Part shown: piece after piece, positions 61,054 through 64,000 of the stretch
Layout of the letters: every line of letters starts with the position of its first letter
Position numbering within the stretch: the stretch's first letter is position 1
Origin: Gemmatimonadota bacterium
GTDB taxonomy: Bacteria; JBHIER01; G020348925
Length of the DNA: 64,000 bases
Direction of reading: 5' to 3'
Assembly: GCA_020348925.1 (NCBI GenBank)
Contig: CP070758.1
Location: 4,587,775 to 4,651,774 of the forward strand
Made by a program: the position numbers and the translations under genes
Notes under the pieces: generated by a model
The model's database searches: none
What the model saw: the letters and a program-made list of their open reading frames with translations, nothing else
Told to the model about the DNA's origin: nothing

Positions 61054-64000
61054 TCAATTCGCTGCGTGAACGACCGGCTCCTCTTCAGATTTCAGATCCC
61101 CGTCACTCTTCAACCGCTCCCGATTGTAACGTTCCAGTCCGGTTCCGGCCGGAATAAGATGACCGATGATGACATTCTCCTTCAATCCGAGTAACGGGTC
61201 TCGCTTCCCATGAATGGCGGCTTCGGTTAATACCCTCGTAGTTTCCTGAAAGGAAGCAGCAGATACAAAGCTCTCAGTCAGGAGGGAGGCTTTGGTAATA
61301 CCTAAAAGCAAGGGCTGAAATGTCGCGGGCTCCCCTCCCTCTGCAATGATCTTTTCGTTTTCCTGGAGGAACCGGAATTTGTCGACGAGTTCTCCCTCAA
61401 GAAAGGTCGTATCGCCTGGATCTTCGACCCTGACCTTTTGTAACATCTGACGCACGATCACCTCGATGTGCTTATCATTAATCCGAACGCCTTGGAGCCT
61501 GTATACCTCTTGTATTTCATTGACCAAATACTCTTGAACTTCATTCACTCCTTTGATGCGCAGGATATCGTGGGGATTAATTGACCCCTCAGAGAGTCGT
61601 TCACCGGCGAAGATTGTGTCGCCATCGTGAACGTGGAGATGTTTGCCGTAGGGAACGAGGTATGTTCGCTCCTCATTCTCCCCCACGACGATGATCTCTC
61701 TCGAGCCTCGTATCATCTTTCCGAACTTGACTGCCCCGTCAATCTCACTGACGACGGCTGGCTCTTTCGGCTTTCGCGCTTCGAACAACTCTGCCACTCG
61801 CGGCAATCCTCCTGTAATGTCTCTTGTTTTGGTGATCTCCCTCGGAATTTTGGCCAACATATCACCACCCCTGACCCGATCCCCGTTGCGGACCAGCAAA
61901 TATGCTCGAACAGGTGTGGAGTAATGCCCGATTTTTCTCCCCCTTTGGTCTGTAATATGAATGTGGGGATTCAGCGACTTCTCTCTATCCTCGCAGATAA
62001 CCCTCTGACGCAATCCTGTGGCGACATCAGTTTCCTCACGAACCGTAACCCCCTCCTTGATGTCAACGAATACAACGATCCCCTTCCGATGTGTAAGAAT
62101 AACATTTGAATAGGGATCCCATTCGAAAATGATATCGCCTTTTTTCACTTTGGTGCCGTCGGCAACTTGAAGCACGGCACCGTACGGTACCGTATACCGC
62201 GCTCTTACTCGATTTTTATCATCTTTGAGGTGGACTTCTCCCGTGCGGTCAATGACGACGTCTTTCCCATCGCCTCGGCGAACGCTCTTGACATTATGAT
62301 AATGAACAATTCCCGACATCTTCGCCTTGATCTGCGATTGTTCGGCAATCCGACTGGCAGTCCCACCGATATGGAATGTTCTCAGGGTCAATTGCGTCCC
62401 GGGCTCGCCAATGCTCTGCGCCGCCATAACGCCCACAGCTTCACCCATATTGACCATTTTCCCGTTAGCCAAATTACGCCCGTAACACTTGCCGCACACG
62501 CCATGTCGAGCTTCACAGGTGAGGACGGAGCGAATCTTAACCTTTTCTACCCCACTTTCTGCAATGCGATTTGCAGCCGCTTCATCAATTTCATCCCCGG
62601 CTGGTGTGAGAATTTCTCCAGTAATGGGATCTTCCACATCCTCCAAAGCAACGCGCCCCAAAATTCTATCCTGAAGGGGTTCTATCACTTCTTCGCCTTC
62701 CTTCAATGCGCCGATATTTAAACCTAAAATTGTCCCGCAATCGAACTCCGTGATGATAACATCCTGGGATACATCGACCAATCTCCGTGTGAGATATCCC
62801 GCGTCAGCAGTCTTCAACGCGGTATCGGCCAGTCCTTTTCTTGCTCCATGGGTAGAGATGAAATACTCCAGAACGGATAAACCTTCCCGGAAATTCGAAG
62901 TGATGGGCGTTTCAATGATCTCACCCACTTGCCCCACAATTTTCTTCTGGGGTTTCGCCATGAGTCCGCGCATCCCTGCTAATTGTCGTATCTGTTCCTT
63001 GCTCCCTCGCGCGCCGGAATCAGCCATCATAAACAGTGGATTGAATCCTAAATCGGTCTCACTCAGTCTTTCGAACATCACTTCGGATATTTCGCTGGTC
63101 GCATGTGTCCAGATATCAATAATCTTGTTGTACCGCTCACCATCTGTAATAACACCCTTCTTGTATTGATTCTGTATCTGTTCCACAAGTTGATAGGCTT
63201 CCTCGATCTTCTTTTTCTTCTCCGGCGGAATCACAATATCGTCGATCCCTACTGTAATACCGGCCTTTGTTGCAAACTCAAATCCTATCTCTTTTAAATC
63301 GTCAAGGAACTGACACGCCCTGGAATTTCCGAGTTCACGATAGGCATCTGCAACAATGCTCTCCATCTTTTTCTTGTCCATGAGACTGTTGACAAATCGA
63401 AGTTCCTCAGGCACAATCTGATTGAAAAGTATTCGACCCAGGGTTGTTTCCAGAAGGTTATTATCTATCCTCACCTTAATCGGGGCGTGCAATCCTATAC
63501 ACCCGTTATTATAAGCAATAAGGGCTTCCCCTGTATTGGAAAAAATATTTCCCTCTCCCTTATCACCGGGTTTCATCTTCGTCAGATAGTAACATCCGAG
63601 CACGATGTCCTGACTGGGGATGGCCAACGGCCTGCCGTGAGCAGGGGATAAAATGTTGTTTGAAGAAATCATCAAAACCTGGGCTTCGATTTGGGCTTCG
63701 AATGATAATGGCACATGAACCGCCATCTGATCGCCGTCAAAATCGGCATTGAAAGCGGCGCACACTAATGGATGGATGCGAATGGCCTTGCCTTCAACGA
63801 GTATCGGCTGAAAAGCCTGTATCCCAAGCCGGTGCAGCGTCGGGGCTCTATTCAACATAACTGGATGGTCTTTTATGATTTCATCAAGGATGTCCCACAC
63901 CTCCGGGCGTTCCCGTTCAACGAGTCGCTTGGCGCTCTTCACCGTCTGAACAAATCCCCTCTCTTCCAACTTTTTTATGATGAAAGGTTTGAAGAGTTCG
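61054..64000 (-). CDS. rpoC: RNA polymerase beta' subunit, 3' part (5' end outside the window)
   Basis: [48 protein letters not shown]. Confidence 0.99.
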   Translation of the reverse strand, partial: ELFKPFIIKKLEERGFVQTVKSAKRLVERERPEVWDILDEIIKDHPVMLNRAPTLHRLGIQAFQPILVEGKAIRIHPLVCAAFNADFDGDQMAVHVPLSFEAQIEAQVLMISSNNILSPAHGRPLAIPSQDIVLGCYYLTKMKPGDKGEGNIFSNTGEALIAYNNGCIGLHAPIKVRIDNNLLETTLGRILFNQIVPEELRFVNSLMDKKKMESIVADAYRELGNSRACQFLDDLKEIGFEFATKAGITVGIDDIVIPPEKKKKIEEAYQLVEQIQNQYKKGVITDGERYNKIIDIWTHATSEISEVMFERLSETDLGFNPLFMMADSGARGSKEQIRQLAGMRGLMAKPQKKIVGQVGEIIETPITSNFREGLSVLEYFISTHGARKGLADTALKTADAGYLTRRLVDVSQDVIITEFDCGTILGLNIGALKEGEEVIEPLQDRILGRVALEDVEDPITGEILTPAGDEIDEAAANRIAESGVEKVKIRSVLTCEARHGVCGKCYGRNLANGKMVNMGEAVGVMAAQSIGEPGTQLTLRTFHIGGTASRIAEQSQIKAKMSGIVHYHNVKSVRRGDGKDVVIDRTGEVHLKDDKNRVRARYTVPYGAVLQVADGTKVKKGDIIFEWDPYSNVILTHRKGIVVFVDIKEGVTVREETDVATGLRQRVICEDREKSLNPHIHITDQRGRKIGHYSTPVRAYLLVRNGDRVRGGDMLAKIPREITKTRDITGGLPRVAELFEARKPKEPAVVSEIDGAVKFGKMIRGSREIIVVGENEERTYLVPYGKHLHVHDGDTIFAGERLSEGSINPHDILRIKGVNEVQEYLVNEIQEVYRLQGVRINDKHIEVIVRQMLQKVRVEDPGDTTFLEGELVDKFRFLQENEKIIAEGGEPATFQPLLLGITKASLLTESFVSAASFQETTRVLTEAAIHGKRDPLLGLKENVIIGHLIPAGTGLERYNRERLKSDGDLKSEEEPVVHAAN

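Overview
64 kb of a bacterial chromosome scaffold. The RpoC segment [20 protein letters not shown], the dockerin-tagged proteins and the MacB-like permeases suggest an FCB-group organism, possibly KSB1-like; this is inference. Left to right: (1) 1-9.7 kb accessory envelope genes (PD40 beta-propeller, MBL hydrolase, two MacB/FtsX-type permeases, a LolA-like/serine-hydrolase fusion); (2) 9.8-13.7 kb decay zone with four pseudogenes, REP-like palindromes and a tandem palindromic operator; (3) 13.7-23 kb HIT, eIF2B-like, dockerin-FISUMP, beta-barrel, rel/spoT and a meaB-icmA-icmB B12 acyl-CoA mutase cluster with isobutyryl-CoA-mutase signature residues; (4) 23-44.6 kb surface-glycan/LPS locus, including a GT-C membrane protein whose motifs resemble the eukaryotic DPY19 tryptophan C-mannosyltransferases more than STT3/PglB (top finding); (5) 48.8-57.7 kb variable region of co-oriented, compositionally heterogeneous genes separated by two families of ~150-180 bp inverted-repeat-ended elements and by one near-complete and two truncated integron attC sites; (6) a 100-N gap, then rpoC-rpsL-rpsG-fusA-tuf on the minus strand. 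No rRNA, tRNA or CRISPR array was seen. All family assignments come from motif recognition, with no database search.
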